Shown here piece by piece: positions 19,369 to 29,984 of a stretch of 64,000 bases of DNA. The first letter of the stretch is position 1, and each line of letters starts with the position of its first letter. The stretch spans positions 1,248,001 to 1,312,000 of the forward strand of contig CAWGLD010000001.1 in the NCBI GenBank assembly GCA_963823335.1, in the 5' to 3' direction. The notes below the pieces were generated by a model. That model ran no database searches, was not told the DNA's origin, and was given only the letters and a program-made list of their open reading frames with translations. Position numbers and translations under genes: made by a program. The DNA is from an uncultured delta proteobacterium. Its GTDB lineage: Bacteria; Desulfobacterota; Desulfobacteria; Desulfobacterales; B30-G6.

Positions 19369-19420
19369 TTGAAGAACCTCGCAGCAAGCTACGGAGAATA
19401 CGCTCGCTTTTTCGGTTCAA
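19369..19420 (-). repeat. Family B repeat copy 4 (minimal form)
   Basis: Reverse complement TTGAACCGAAAAAGCGAGCGTATTCTCCGTAGCTTGCTGCGAGGTTCTTCAA. Confidence 0.75.
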
Positions 19421-19443
19421 AATACAATAAGGAAAATCAGCCA

Positions 19444-20220
19444 ATGACAGCGCTCGTAGAAGCCCTGAAAGTCGAAAACCTGCACAAAAATTTTGGACAG
19501 ATAGCCGTCTTGAAGGGAATATCTTTCGAAGCAAACGAACAGGATGTCATCTCGATATTGGGAAGCAGCGGCTCCGGAAAGAGTACCCTTCTGCGATGTA
19601 TCAATCTGCTGGAGACACCGACGTCTGGAAAGGTTTACGTTCATGGTGAACTGATTAAAATGAGTGATTTGAGCTCAGGCGAGAGAAGACCGGTTGATCG
19701 AAAACAGGTGGAGCGTATTCGCTCGAAACTGGCAATGGTTTTTCAACAGTTCAATCTGTGGGCTCACATGACGGTGATGCAAAATGTAATCGAGGCGCCA
19801 ATGCATGTGTTGAAGCTGCCCAAGCAGGAAGCTGTAGAAAGGGCGGCACGTCTTTTAAACCGTGTTGGGATGTACGAACACAGGAACTACTACCCGGCGC
19901 ATCTTTCCGGGGGCCAGATGCAGCGTACAGCCATTGCAAGAGCATTGGCCATGGAACCGGAAATGCTGCTTTTTGATGAACCTACGTCAGCGCTGGATCC
20001 GGAACTGGTGGGAGAAGTGCTCAAGGTTATGCGAAGCCTGGCAGAGGAAGGCCGCACCATGCTGGTTGTCACACATGAAATGGGTTTTGCACGCGACGTG
20101 TCCAGCCGGGTGATATTTTTAGACGAGGGGCTGGTGGTGGAGGACGGTTCCCCAGACAGCGTGTTTGACAATCCCAGGTCTGTTCGTTTTCGCCAGTTCC
20201 TTACGGGGACCTTGAAGTAG
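19444..20220 (+). CDS. Polar amino-acid ABC transporter ATPase (HisP/AotP-like)
   Basis: [30 protein letters not shown]. Confidence 0.92.
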   Translation: MTALVEALKVENLHKNFGQIAVLKGISFEANEQDVISILGSSGSGKSTLLRCINLLETPTSGKVYVHGELIKMSDLSSGERRPVDRKQVERIRSKLAMVFQQFNLWAHMTVMQNVIEAPMHVLKLPKQEAVERAARLLNRVGMYEHRNYYPAHLSGGQMQRTAIARALAMEPEMLLFDEPTSALDPELVGEVLKVMRSLAEEGRTMLVVTHEMGFARDVSSRVIFLDEGLVVEDGSPDSVFDNPRSVRFRQFLTGTLK

Positions 20221-20230
20221 GAAAGAAATT

Positions 20231-20917
20231 ATGTCGGATGTCATCGCCTATTTACCACTTATTTTGAAAGGCATGCTGCTTACCGTGGAAGTCGCCCTGC
20301 TTTCGCTATTTATATCGGTATTTCTGGGGATGCTGGGTGCTGTTGCCAAGCTATCCAAATCCAGAATAGCCGCAGGGCTTGCAGGCATATACACGACAAT
20401 CATTCGCGGTATTCCTGATCTGGTTCTAATGACCATTCTCTTTTTCGGTGGTCAGATTCTGGTAAACAATATCGGAGAGAAAATGGGCTGGGAATATATC
20501 GATGTCAGCCCTTTTATGGCCGGGGTTCTCACCATCGGCTTTATTTTTGGCGCCTACATGACAGAGTCTTTCCGCGGTGGTATCTTGGCGGTTTCCCACG
20601 GTGAAATAGAGGCCGGGTACGCGTTCGGTATGAATCCGGTGAAGGTGTTTGTCCGTATAACGCTGCCGGCCATGGTCCGGCATGCACTACCCAGTTTTGG
20701 CAACAACTGGTTGGTTTTGACAAAGACGACGGCACTCATATCCGTTATTGGTTTACAGGACATGGTATACAACGCCGGCAATGCCGGGGGGTCTACCCGT
20801 AAACCGTTTACTTTTTACTGTGTGGTGGCGTTTTTATTTCTTATTATCACGGGCATTTCCGACATCGGACTACGCAGGCTGAACAAGCGTTACAGCGTGG
20901 GGGTGCGAAGAGAATGA
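20231..20917 (+). CDS. Polar amino-acid ABC permease (HisQ-like)
   Basis: YTTIIRGIPDL, AYMTESFRG, EAG loop. Confidence 0.9.
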   Translation: MSDVIAYLPLILKGMLLTVEVALLSLFISVFLGMLGAVAKLSKSRIAAGLAGIYTTIIRGIPDLVLMTILFFGGQILVNNIGEKMGWEYIDVSPFMAGVLTIGFIFGAYMTESFRGGILAVSHGEIEAGYAFGMNPVKVFVRITLPAMVRHALPSFGNNWLVLTKTTALISVIGLQDMVYNAGNAGGSTRKPFTFYCVVAFLFLIITGISDIGLRRLNKRYSVGVRRE

Positions 20918-20968
20918 TCCAGAGAGGTCGACCAAACACTACAAGAGAAAAGGTGGGTTAGGAACCCA

Positions 20969-21661
20969 ATGGACATACAGGTTATCATAGACAACTTGCC
21001 ACTCTATTTCAAAGGCCTCTGGACGACGATTGTCCTGGTCGCTTCTTCTCTGGGCATCGGGCTTTTCCTGGCCATACCCATTGCCCTTCTTGCAACGGCC
21101 AAAAAGAAATGGATCCGTTTTCTACCCAAGGCCTATATCTATTTTTTTCGGGGCACTCCGTTGCTGGTGCAAATGTATATGATCTACCATGGCATGGGGC
21201 AGTTTGAACTCGTTCATGAGAGTTTTTTATGGACTATTTTCAAAGAAGCATATGCATGTGCACTGATCGCATTTGCCCTCAATACTGCCGGTTACACCGG
21301 CGAAATTTTAAGGGGCACCATCGAGCAGACCCCTTTTGGTGAAATAGAGGCCGCAAAAGCCTCCGGCATGTCCGTGGCGATGGTCTACCGGCGAATTATC
21401 CTTCCGAGCACTTTCAGACGGGCGTTGCCGGCGTATGGCAATGAGGTCATTTTTATGCTGCACGGCAGTGCATTGGCGGGCGTCATTACCATCGTGGATT
21501 TGTTTGGAGCCGCCAAAATTGTTAATTCAAGAAACTTTGTGCCATTTGAATCTTTCATCACGGCAGGTCTTTTTTATCTTTGTCTCACCTTTTTGATTGT
21601 CTGGGGATTTAAAAGAGTCGAACATCATTTTCATGCCTATCTACGCCCGCGCGAAAACTAG
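20969..21661 (+). CDS. Polar amino-acid ABC permease (HisM-like)
   Basis: FFRGTPLLVQ, GEIEAA, RALPAYGNE. Confidence 0.9.
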   Translation: MDIQVIIDNLPLYFKGLWTTIVLVASSLGIGLFLAIPIALLATAKKKWIRFLPKAYIYFFRGTPLLVQMYMIYHGMGQFELVHESFLWTIFKEAYACALIAFALNTAGYTGEILRGTIEQTPFGEIEAAKASGMSVAMVYRRIILPSTFRRALPAYGNEVIFMLHGSALAGVITIVDLFGAAKIVNSRNFVPFESFITAGLFYLCLTFLIVWGFKRVEHHFHAYLRPREN

Positions 21662-21804
21662 AAACCCTCTCAAAAATGTCTTTTGGCCCAATATCTGCGT
21701 TGGACTCGCGTTTCAACTCCTCAAAATACAATAGTATTCCTGCGGGTTAAAACACTCGTCCGCCTTGATTTTGAACCAAAATCCTATTTTTGAGAGGGTT
21801 TCTA
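21659..21804 (+). mobile_element. MITE-like element, family A copy 2
   Basis: Perfect 19-bp TIR TAGAAACCCTCTCAAAAAT; core similar to the 15567 copy; begins at the permease TAG stop. Confidence 0.8.
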
Positions 21805-21893
21805 CTGTGGGTGGTGCTAATGCTTTAGACATCGTCAACGGAAATGGAAGCCAAACCCTCAAATCCCTTTTATGCTGGGACGCCAGGATGCTT

Positions 21894-21964
21894 GGAAGCT
21901 GGAATGCTGCTGTCCGCTGATAGCTTTTAGCTACCCTCGAACCCCTGTATCCCCCTCGGACCCT
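21894..21964. repeat. 71-bp direct repeat, copy 1
   Basis: 59/71 identical to 23369-23439 by manual alignment; built from ~8-mer units. Confidence 0.75.
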
Positions 21965-21980
21965 CGAACCCTTTTTTTTA

Positions 21981-23135
21981 CTATGGTCGACGCTTGTCTT
22001 TCAGGATATGATTGGAAATCACCACGCGTTGAATTTCAGATGTCCCTTCATAGATGGTAAAGACCCGGGCGTCCCGGTAAAACCGTTCCACCGGGTAATC
22101 CTTGACAAACCCGTACCCTCCATGCATCTGGAGTGCTTTTGCCGTTACCCGGTTCACCATTTCACTGGCAAACAGCTTGGCCATGGATGCTTGCACCGTG
22201 TAATTTTCACCCCGGTCTTTCATGGCGGCAGCTGAAAACATGAATTGTCGGGCGGCCTCTATGTTGGTTGCCATGTCTGCAATCATCCAACGCAGGCCCT
22301 GGAACTTTGAAATTTTCCGGCCAAACTGTTCTCTGTCTTTGGCATGTTTTACGGCCGCATCGAAGGCTGCCTGGGCGACACCTACCGATTGGGCCGATAT
22401 CCCTATACGGCCACCGTCGAGAGCCCGCATGGCGATCTTGAACCCGTCGCCCTCATTTCCAAGCATGTCCGAAGCGGGCACCCGACAATTTTCAAATATC
22501 AAGTCTGCCGTATCAGATGCACACAAGCCCATCTTGTCTTCAAGCCGCCCGACAATAAACCCCGGGGTGTCTTTTTTGACCAAAAAGGCGCTGATACCTT
22601 GATGCTTCTGGGAGGGGTCGGTTTTTGCAGTGACAATAACAAGACCTGCATTTTTACCGCTCGTGATGAAGCGCTTGGTGCCATTGAGGATGTAGTCGTT
22701 TCCATCCCGTTCCGCCAGGGTCGACTGGCTGACGGGGTCTGAGCCGGCGTGGGGTTCCGTCAAGGCAAAGGCACCGATATAATCCCCCCTGGCAAGGGGT
22801 TTCAGATAGGTTTGTTTTTGTTCTTCGCTACCATGGCGTAGAATGCTCTCACAGACAATGGAATTGTGAACAGACATGACCACAGCGGTGGATGCACAGG
22901 AGTAGGCAATTTCTGAAAGGGCCAGAACATAGCTGACGGTGTCTGCCTGGGAGCCATCATACTCAAGGGGCACCATCATTCCCAGGAGGCCGAGTTCTCC
23001 CATTTTTTCAAGATTTTCGGTGGGAAATTCCTTTGTCCGGTCACGTTCCATGGCCGTTGCAGCGACGACTTTTCTCGAAAATTCCCTCACCATGGATTGA
23101 ATCATACGTTGTTCATCGTTCAATTTGAAGGTCAT
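21981..23135 (-). CDS. Acyl-CoA dehydrogenase (butyryl/isobutyryl-CoA type)
   Basis: FALTEPHAGSD, GRIGI, REQFG, HGGYG, IYEGTSEIQ. Confidence 0.95.
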   Translation of the reverse strand: MTFKLNDEQRMIQSMVREFSRKVVAATAMERDRTKEFPTENLEKMGELGLLGMMVPLEYDGSQADTVSYVLALSEIAYSCASTAVVMSVHNSIVCESILRHGSEEQKQTYLKPLARGDYIGAFALTEPHAGSDPVSQSTLAERDGNDYILNGTKRFITSGKNAGLVIVTAKTDPSQKHQGISAFLVKKDTPGFIVGRLEDKMGLCASDTADLIFENCRVPASDMLGNEGDGFKIAMRALDGGRIGISAQSVGVAQAAFDAAVKHAKDREQFGRKISKFQGLRWMIADMATNIEAARQFMFSAAAMKDRGENYTVQASMAKLFASEMVNRVTAKALQMHGGYGFVKDYPVERFYRDARVFTIYEGTSEIQRVVISNHILKDKRRP

Positions 23136-23368
23136 ATCTTCTCCTTACTTTGTTCGAGAAAATTGGTGGCCTAACATGCCGATATGTTCGGTTCTACTTC
23201 CATACATTAGAAAAGAGGGTCCGTGGATCCAAGGGATCAAGGATTCAAGTGCTTGTTGTGTGGGGAATTGTGTATTGTCATGAAACGTACAAATAGCCAC
23301 AAGCTGAAAACACTTTCTCACTCACAGCTAATAACCTATACCCTCGAATCCAGGCCTCTTGTATCCTG

Positions 23369-23439
23369 GGAAGCTGGAATGCCGCTATCTGCTTTAAGCT
23401 GTCAGCTACCCTCCAACCCTTGTATCACCCTCAGACCCT
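23369..23439. repeat. 71-bp direct repeat, copy 2
   Basis: See 21894-21964; part of a larger oligomer hairpin region at 23214-23440. Confidence 0.75.
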
Positions 23440-23443
23440 GCCA

Positions 23444-23995
23444 TTACGGCCCATACACAACTACCAGGAGTTTTGCTTCATCTTTCCCGGTGTTTTTCAG
23501 GTTGTGCTGTATTCCCGAGTTGAAGTGTAAAGAATCGCCTGCTTTCAATTTGTTGACATGGTCTCCCACGATAATTTCTATTTGGCCGGACAGAACATAG
23601 GTGAACTCTTCGCCCTCGTGATGATAACCAACGCCCTGATGATCGGCCAGTGGATCGATGGTTACCATAAACGCTTTCAAATGTTTGTTTTCGGCCCCGG
23701 GTGTCAGTGTGGTATAGGCATAATGGTCGGTTCGTTTGGTATAGGCCTTGATCCGGCGCTTCATCTTGGATTCATCTTCTTTCAACAATGCTCCGGAATC
23801 GATCTTGAGTGCCCTGGCAATCTGGAGAAGCGTTCCAACGGGTGGCGTTGTTTTGCCTTTCTCGATGTTCTTTAGATAATCGATGGTGAAACCGGTCTCA
23901 TTGGCCAACAGGTCAAAGGTGATTTTGTTGGATGTCCTGGCCTTCTTTATTTTCTGGCCAAGAGATACAGACGCGTCTTTCATTTTTTTTGGCAT
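23444..23995 (-). CDS. XRE-family HTH + cupin transcriptional regulator
   Basis: N-terminal HTH_3; HEGEEF...GDSLHFNS cupin. Confidence 0.92.
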   Translation of the reverse strand: MPKKMKDASVSLGQKIKKARTSNKITFDLLANETGFTIDYLKNIEKGKTTPPVGTLLQIARALKIDSGALLKEDESKMKRRIKAYTKRTDHYAYTTLTPGAENKHLKAFMVTIDPLADHQGVGYHHEGEEFTYVLSGQIEIIVGDHVNKLKAGDSLHFNSGIQHNLKNTGKDEAKLLVVVYGP

Positions 23996-24022
23996 GCCAT
24001 CTCCTCCCTCTCCTCATGGGTT

Positions 24023-24874
24023 TTAATTGTAGGTGTAAAATCCGCGTCCGGTCTTTCTGCCCAGCCATCCTGCTTCCACGTACTTCCGCAGCAACGGGCA
24101 GGGACGGTATTTGGAGTCGTTAAACCCATTGTAAAGCGTTTCCATTATGGCCAGGCATGTATCGAGGCCGATAAGGTCTGCCAGCTCCAGGGGACCCATG
24201 GGATGATTCATGCCGAGTTTCATGACCGTATCGATGTCTTCTTTTTTGCCGACACCATGATAGAGGCAATACACGGCTTCATTGATCATGGGCAGTAAGA
24301 TTCTGTTGGCGATAAAACCCGGGAAATCATTGGCCTCGGCAGGGGTTTTTCCGAATTTAAGCGACAAGTCCCAGGTTGTCTTGAATGTTTCGTCAGAAGT
24401 AGCAAGACCCCGGATAATTTCTACCAGTCTCATCACCGGTACGGGATTCATGAAGTGCATTCCGATGATCTTGTCCGGTCTTTGGGTTTGTGAAGCGATC
24501 CGGCCGATGGGAATAGAAGACGTATTGGTGGAGAGAATGGCCGCAGGTGGGCAGATATTATCCAGATCTTTGAATATCTTGAATTTCAGGGTTTCATTTT
24601 CGGTGGCAGCCTCCACCACAAAGTCAGCGACAGCCATGTCTTTCAGGTCTGTGCTGGCTGAAATTCTGCCCAGGATCGATTCTTTCTCGGTTTCTGTCAA
24701 TTTACCTTTGCCGACGCTTCGTGCCAGGATCTTGGTGATGGCAGCCAATCCTTTTTGGACAAATTCTGCAGAAATGTCGTTCATGATCACATTCATTCCA
24801 CTCATTGCCGCCACCTGTGCAATACCGTTTCCCATCTGACCTGCACCGATGACACCCAAAGTATTTATCTCCAT
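24023..24874 (-). CDS. hbd: 3-hydroxybutyryl-CoA dehydrogenase
   Basis: GAGQMG, EAATE, NTSS, GMHFMNP, GFIANR. Confidence 0.95.
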   Translation of the reverse strand: MEINTLGVIGAGQMGNGIAQVAAMSGMNVIMNDISAEFVQKGLAAITKILARSVGKGKLTETEKESILGRISASTDLKDMAVADFVVEAATENETLKFKIFKDLDNICPPAAILSTNTSSIPIGRIASQTQRPDKIIGMHFMNPVPVMRLVEIIRGLATSDETFKTTWDLSLKFGKTPAEANDFPGFIANRILLPMINEAVYCLYHGVGKKEDIDTVMKLGMNHPMGPLELADLIGLDTCLAIMETLYNGFNDSKYRPCPLLRKYVEAGWLGRKTGRGFYTYN

Positions 24875-24987
24875 TTCTTCCTCTCCTTTCCCAATCTGTA
24901 TGATGACGTTTAGAATTAACAGCAGTGCTTATAAATCGATTTATTGAGTTTTCCGCGAAAGACATTTCAATGAAATCGATTACAACC

Positions 24988-25133
24988 GAATTGGTTTCAA
25001 AGTCTTCAATCGGTTTCAAGGTCAAGGCGAGGCGAGGGGTTCACCCGCAGGCATACATTGGGTATGTTGAGGATTGAACGCCTTGTCTCAACGCAGAAAT
25101 TGAGATCGAGGGGAGGCTTTGAAACCAATTCTA
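24988..25133 (-). mobile_element. MITE-like element, family A copy 3
   Basis: TIR GAATTGGTTTCAAAG(T/C)CT 17/18; core CAAGGCG...CCCGCAGGCATAC...GTATG.TGAGGA...AACGCAGAAATTG; end contains the thiolase TAG. Confidence 0.75.
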
Positions 25134-26306
25134 TCGTTTTACGATCATTGCCACAGCCTCCCCGCCACCAAGACATAGACTGGCGAGGCCTGTTTTTTTG
25201 TCTTCGCGGATCATTTCGTGCAAAAGTGTCACCAGCACCCGACAGCCGCTTGCACCTATGGGGTGTCCCAGGGAGGTGCTCCCGCCATTGACATTTGTTT
25301 TTTCAGGATCCAGTCCCAGTTCGCGAAGTACCGCGACGGTCGATCCGCTGAAAGCTTCATTGATTTCATAGAGATCGACGGCGCCCTTGGAGATCCCCTC
25401 TTTGGCGAGGCATTTCGGAATTGCCCATATGGGTGCCACCAGGACATACTGCATGTCGATACCATAGGACGCTTGTGCGCCGATTGACGCCATTGTATGA
25501 CATCCGAAAGCCTCGGCCTTGTCTCTTGACATGACCACCACTGCGGCGGCACCGTCGCTGATGATCGATGCATTGCCAGCGGTTCCGACACCATCTTTCT
25601 TGAAGGCGGGTTTCATCTTGGACAAGGCTTCATAGTCGGTCTCCCTTGCACATTCATCTACACTGAAAAGAGTCGCCTTGCCCTTGCGTTGGGGTATTTC
25701 AACCGGAACGATTTCATCCTTGAACCGGTCACTTTTTATGGAGGCACAGGATCGGCGGTATGACTCGGCGGCATAGCGATCCTGATCTTCCCTGCTGACA
25801 CCATATTTCTGGGAGCAGAGTTCATTCGATATGCCCATGTGAAAATCATTTACCCTGTCCCACAGTCCATCCTGGATCATATGATCCTGCAGCTGGCCCG
25901 GGCCCATGCGATAGCCAAATCGTGCCTTTTCAAGGTAGTAAGGGGCCATACTCATGTTTTCCATGCCACCGGCGACGACCACATCGGCATCACCGACCTG
26001 TATTGCCTGGGCGGCGAGCATGACCGACTTCAATGCAGATCCGCAGACCTTGTTGATGGTGATGCATTCTGCTTCCCATGGCATTCCGGCCTTGACGGCA
26101 GCCTGCTTGGCAGGATTCTGTCCGTATCCGCAGGGCAGCACCTGCCCCATGATGACTTCGTTTACAACGCTTTTTTCGATTCCAGCTCTCTGAATGGCCG
26201 CATCGATGACAATGGCGCCTAAATCGGTGGCACCGATGCCGGCCAAAGAACCATTAAAACTTCCCAGGGGTGTTCTTACTGCACTGACGATGACTGCTTC
26301 TTTCAT
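25131..26306 (-). CDS. Acetyl-CoA C-acetyltransferase (thiolase)
   Basis: NKVCGS, NEAF, GHPIGASG, CLGGG; start MKEAVIV. Confidence 0.95.
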   Translation of the reverse strand: MKEAVIVSAVRTPLGSFNGSLAGIGATDLGAIVIDAAIQRAGIEKSVVNEVIMGQVLPCGYGQNPAKQAAVKAGMPWEAECITINKVCGSALKSVMLAAQAIQVGDADVVVAGGMENMSMAPYYLEKARFGYRMGPGQLQDHMIQDGLWDRVNDFHMGISNELCSQKYGVSREDQDRYAAESYRRSCASIKSDRFKDEIVPVEIPQRKGKATLFSVDECARETDYEALSKMKPAFKKDGVGTAGNASIISDGAAAVVVMSRDKAEAFGCHTMASIGAQASYGIDMQYVLVAPIWAIPKCLAKEGISKGAVDLYEINEAFSGSTVAVLRELGLDPEKTNVNGGSTSLGHPIGASGCRVLVTLLHEMIREDKKTGLASLCLGGGEAVAMIVKR

Positions 26307-26324
26307 AGAGGACCTCTTTGACTG

Positions 26325-26390
26325 GTATTTGTATTTGTATTTAGTATTTTGTGTTTGGTGTTTCGTATGTCGTGTTTTGCTTTTTTGTAT
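26325..26390. repeat. Degenerate 6-7-mer tandem repeat
   Basis: GTATTT x3, then TAGTATT/TTGTGTT/TGGTGTT/TCGTATG/TCGTGTT. Confidence 0.7.
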
Positions 26391-26475
26391 CGGATGCATT
26401 CTGTTATTGAAGCAGATACCTTGGCTGTTTTTCTCAATCCACCATCACAAGACCATTGAGAACTTAATATGTAAT

Positions 26476-26623
26476 ATATTTCCGTTTCAGAAATGAGAAA
26501 GTTTCTCGATGAGCAAGGCCGCACAGGTGGTTTTTTCCTGAGTCGTACATGAGTACGTCGAAGAAAAAACCGCGCGGAGAACGCCGCTCATCGGGGAAAT
26601 AGCCATTTCTGAAACGGAAATAT
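26476..26623. mobile_element. MITE-like element, distant relative of family A
   Basis: Perfect 20-bp TIR ATATTTCCGTTTCAGAAATG; core CAAGGC...GTACATGAGTACG...AACGCC; abuts the icmF TAA. Confidence 0.75.
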
Positions 26624-29600
26624 TACATGTTGCGCCGATACTGGCCGCCCACATCATAAAGCGCCTGGGTAATCTGACCCAGGCTGCATACCCTGACCGT
26701 GTTCATGAGCTCTTCAAAAATATTGTCGCCCGCCAGGACAACCTTCTGAAGTTTTTGCAACGCTTCCGGGGCTGTTTTCTCGTTGCGCTTTTTGAAATCC
26801 GCAAGGCGCTTCAACTGCGACTCTTTTTCCTCTACGGAGGCTCTCGACAGTTCAACACTTTCGTTCAATTCGTCAAACACGTGATCAGAATCTCGAAAGG
26901 TGTTGACACCGATAATGGGCAGAGCCCCTGAATGTTTCAAGCCTTCGTAGTAGAGGGACTCCTCCTGGATCCTGCTGCGCTGGTAACCCGTTTCCATGGC
27001 GCCCAGAACCCCGCCGCGCTCACTGATTCTTTCAAATTCCGCCAGGACAGCCTCTTCCACAAGCCGGGTCAGATCGTCTACGATATAACTCCCCTGAATC
27101 ATGTTTTCATTTTTGGCCAGTCCCCACTCGCGATTGATAATGAGCTGAATTGCAAGTGCCCGCCGGACGGATTCGTGGCTGGGGGTCGTAATGGCCTCGT
27201 CAAAAGCGTTTGTGTGAAGGCTGTTGCAGTTGTCGTAGACAGCACACAGTGCCTGCAGGGTCGTTCGGATGTCATTGAACTGGATATCCTGGCTGTGGAG
27301 TGACCTGCCGGATGTTTGGATGTGGTATTTCAGCTTTTGTGATCGTGTTGATCCCCCATAGAGATATCGCATGGCGATGGCCCATATTCTTCTGGCGACC
27401 CTCCCGATGACCGTATACTCAGGATCCATTCCATTTGAAAAGAAAAAGGATAGATTGGGGGCAAAGGCATCAATGGGCATCCCCCGTGAAAGATAGTATT
27501 CGATGTAGGTAAAACCGTTTGCCAGAGTAAGAGCGAGCTGCGTGATGGGGTTGGCGCCTGCTTCCGCTATATGATAGCCTGAGATCGACACCGAATAAAA
27601 GTTGCGAACATGATGATCGATGAAATAGGCCTGGATATCTCCCATCATCTTCAATGCAAATTCAATCGAAAAAATACAGGTGTTTTGCCCCTGATCCTCT
27701 TTTAGAATATCCGCCTGAACAGTTCCCCGGACATTCGAAAGAACCTCGGCCTTAATTTCCTGGTAGGATTCGGGTGTGGGTTCCTGGCCGGTTTCCTTGC
27801 GATGCCTGTCTATCTGTTGATCGATAGCCGTATTTAAAAACATCGCCAGCATAATCGGCGCAGGTCCATTGATGGTCATGGAGACGGAGGTGTTCGGTGC
27901 ACAGAGTTCAAATCCGTGATAGAGGGTTTTGACATCGTCCAGGGAACAGATACTGACACCGGAGGTACCCACCTTGCCGTAGATATCAGGCCGTCGGTCC
28001 GGGTCATACCCGTACAGGGTCACGGAGTCAAAGGCTGTCGACAGTCGCTTGGCTTCGTAGTTTTCAGAAAGAAGTTTGAAGCGGTTGTTGGTGCGGTAGG
28101 GATCTCCTTCACCGGCAAACATCCTGGTGGGATCTTCATCAACCCGCTTTAACGGGAATACGCCTGCTGTAAAGGGAAAACGCCCTGATACATTTTCTCC
28201 CCGCATCCAGCGATAGGCTTCTCCGGGATCGGTGATGTCCGGAAGCGAAATTTTGGGAATTTTCTGGTGGGAAAGCGATTCCATGAAGAGAGGTACTCTT
28301 ATTTCCCGGCCCCGTACGTTATAAAGAAGTTCGTCCTGGCTGTATACGGATTTGACTTCTTCCCATTCGCGGGTCAATGCACGGGTTTCTTTGTTGATGC
28401 GGGTCGTGATTTCCTGAACCTTGGCTTTCAATTTCGTCAGAAGGTCATCACCTGATTTGTCTGTGTCTAAAAAATACTTTTCTGCTTCTTCCAGGTGCCA
28501 TTCGTCACGGAGCAGTTCCGACTGGGCGTTGGTCTCTTTGTGATACTGGCTGATGCAAGCGGCAATATCTGAAAGGTAGCGTGTTCTCTCCGGTGGTATG
28601 ATAATGGTTTTCGATGTCGATGTTTTGCCGGGTGGGGGCACGCTGCCTGTTTTAAGTGAGACTCCCGTCTTTTCCTGGATAGCATCGATAATGGCATGAT
28701 ATAGGGCTGTGACGCCGTCGTCGTTGAACTTCGAGGCTATGGTGCCAAATACAGGCATTTCCTCCGGTGACGATTCCCACATATTCCGGTTTCGCTGGAC
28801 CTGCTTGCGGACATCTCTGACAGCATCTTCACCACCTCTTTTCTCGAACTTGTTGACCACCACCAGGTCCGCAAAATCGAGCATGTCGATTTTTTCAAGT
28901 TGGGATGCGGCACCAAATTCGCTGGTCATAACATACATGGAAATGTTCGTCAGATCCACGATGCTCGAATCCCCCTGGCCGATGCCCGCTGTTTCCGCCA
29001 GGATCAGATCAAAGCCTGCGGCCTTGACGACATGGATTACATTGGTCAGCGCTTCCGGGATTTCTGTTAGGGACTGACGGGTTGCCAGGGAGCGCATATA
29101 AATTCTGGGGCTGTTGATTGAATTCATACGAATTCGATCTCCCAGAAGGGCGCCCCCTGTTTTTCGTCTTGAAGGATCGCTGCTGATGACTGCAATTCTG
29201 ATGTTTTTCATGTCCAGGAGAAACCGCAAGATGATTTCGTCTGTCAGGGAGGACTTCCCTGCTCCGCCTGTTCCGGTGATACCGATGACAGGTATGGGGT
29301 GCTGGGCTGATTTTTCCAGCAATGCCGATTGCAAACGGGCCATGTCGTCGTCAGCAACGGTGCCGGCCTGTTCCATTGCGGTAATCATTTTGGCGACCAG
29401 GGAGCTGTTTTCAGGAGAAAGCCGGGTAATGTCGAGCTCGGCCCCATGAAGTGTTGAAAAATCAAGCATCTCGACCATATGGTTGATAATGCCCTGTAGT
29501 CCCATGCGAGCGCCATCTTCAGGCGTATAAATCTTTGAGACGCCATAGGCTTCGAGTTCTCTGATTTCATCCGGTACAATAACACCCCCTCCCCCGCCAA

Positions 29601-29892
29601 AAACTTTGACGTGGGAAGCGTCGTTCTGTCGTAAGAGGTCCAGCATAAATTTAAAAAACTCCACATGACCACCCTGGTAGCTGGACACCGCAATTCCCTG
29701 GACGTCTTCCTCTATGGCCGCTTTTACAATTTCTTCAACAGATCGATTATGTGCCAGGTGAATGACTTCCACACCGGTTCCCTGAAGTATTCGGCGCATG
29801 ATATTGATGGAGGCATCATGGCCGTCAAAGAGCGCAGTGGCCGTGACGATTCTGATGGGGTGCTTGGGTTGATATACAGCGGTTTCGTTCAT
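26623..29892 (-). CDS. icmF: Fused isobutyryl-CoA mutase / GTPase IcmF
   Basis: B12 domain (DGHDA), MeaB-like GTPase (GTGGAGKSS), mutase barrel with RMFAG; ~1090 aa. Confidence 0.96.
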   Translation of the reverse strand: MNETAVYQPKHPIRIVTATALFDGHDASINIMRRILQGTGVEVIHLAHNRSVEEIVKAAIEEDVQGIAVSSYQGGHVEFFKFMLDLLRQNDASHVKVFGGGGGVIVPDEIRELEAYGVSKIYTPEDGARMGLQGIINHMVEMLDFSTLHGAELDITRLSPENSSLVAKMITAMEQAGTVADDDMARLQSALLEKSAQHPIPVIGITGTGGAGKSSLTDEIILRFLLDMKNIRIAVISSDPSRRKTGGALLGDRIRMNSINSPRIYMRSLATRQSLTEIPEALTNVIHVVKAAGFDLILAETAGIGQGDSSIVDLTNISMYVMTSEFGAASQLEKIDMLDFADLVVVNKFEKRGGEDAVRDVRKQVQRNRNMWESSPEEMPVFGTIASKFNDDGVTALYHAIIDAIQEKTGVSLKTGSVPPPGKTSTSKTIIIPPERTRYLSDIAACISQYHKETNAQSELLRDEWHLEEAEKYFLDTDKSGDDLLTKLKAKVQEITTRINKETRALTREWEEVKSVYSQDELLYNVRGREIRVPLFMESLSHQKIPKISLPDITDPGEAYRWMRGENVSGRFPFTAGVFPLKRVDEDPTRMFAGEGDPYRTNNRFKLLSENYEAKRLSTAFDSVTLYGYDPDRRPDIYGKVGTSGVSICSLDDVKTLYHGFELCAPNTSVSMTINGPAPIMLAMFLNTAIDQQIDRHRKETGQEPTPESYQEIKAEVLSNVRGTVQADILKEDQGQNTCIFSIEFALKMMGDIQAYFIDHHVRNFYSVSISGYHIAEAGANPITQLALTLANGFTYIEYYLSRGMPIDAFAPNLSFFFSNGMDPEYTVIGRVARRIWAIAMRYLYGGSTRSQKLKYHIQTSGRSLHSQDIQFNDIRTTLQALCAVYDNCNSLHTNAFDEAITTPSHESVRRALAIQLIINREWGLAKNENMIQGSYIVDDLTRLVEEAVLAEFERISERGGVLGAMETGYQRSRIQEESLYYEGLKHSGALPIIGVNTFRDSDHVFDELNESVELSRASVEEKESQLKRLADFKKRNEKTAPEALQKLQKVVLAGDNIFEELMNTVRVCSLGQITQALYDVGGQYRRNM

Positions 29893-29984
29893 TCTCCCTC
29901 CCATTCCATATATTATTGGCAGTTTCACGATCCCACAGGTCTAACACCTGGGCCTAAGGTCAAAATATGGATCTGACCAAGCGA

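Noticed and set aside
26307-26399. N-terminal thiolase extension (TKHQTQNTKYKYKYQ) in the ORF track
   Set aside because: Translation of the oligomer repeat; the family-typical start is MKEAVIV at 26306
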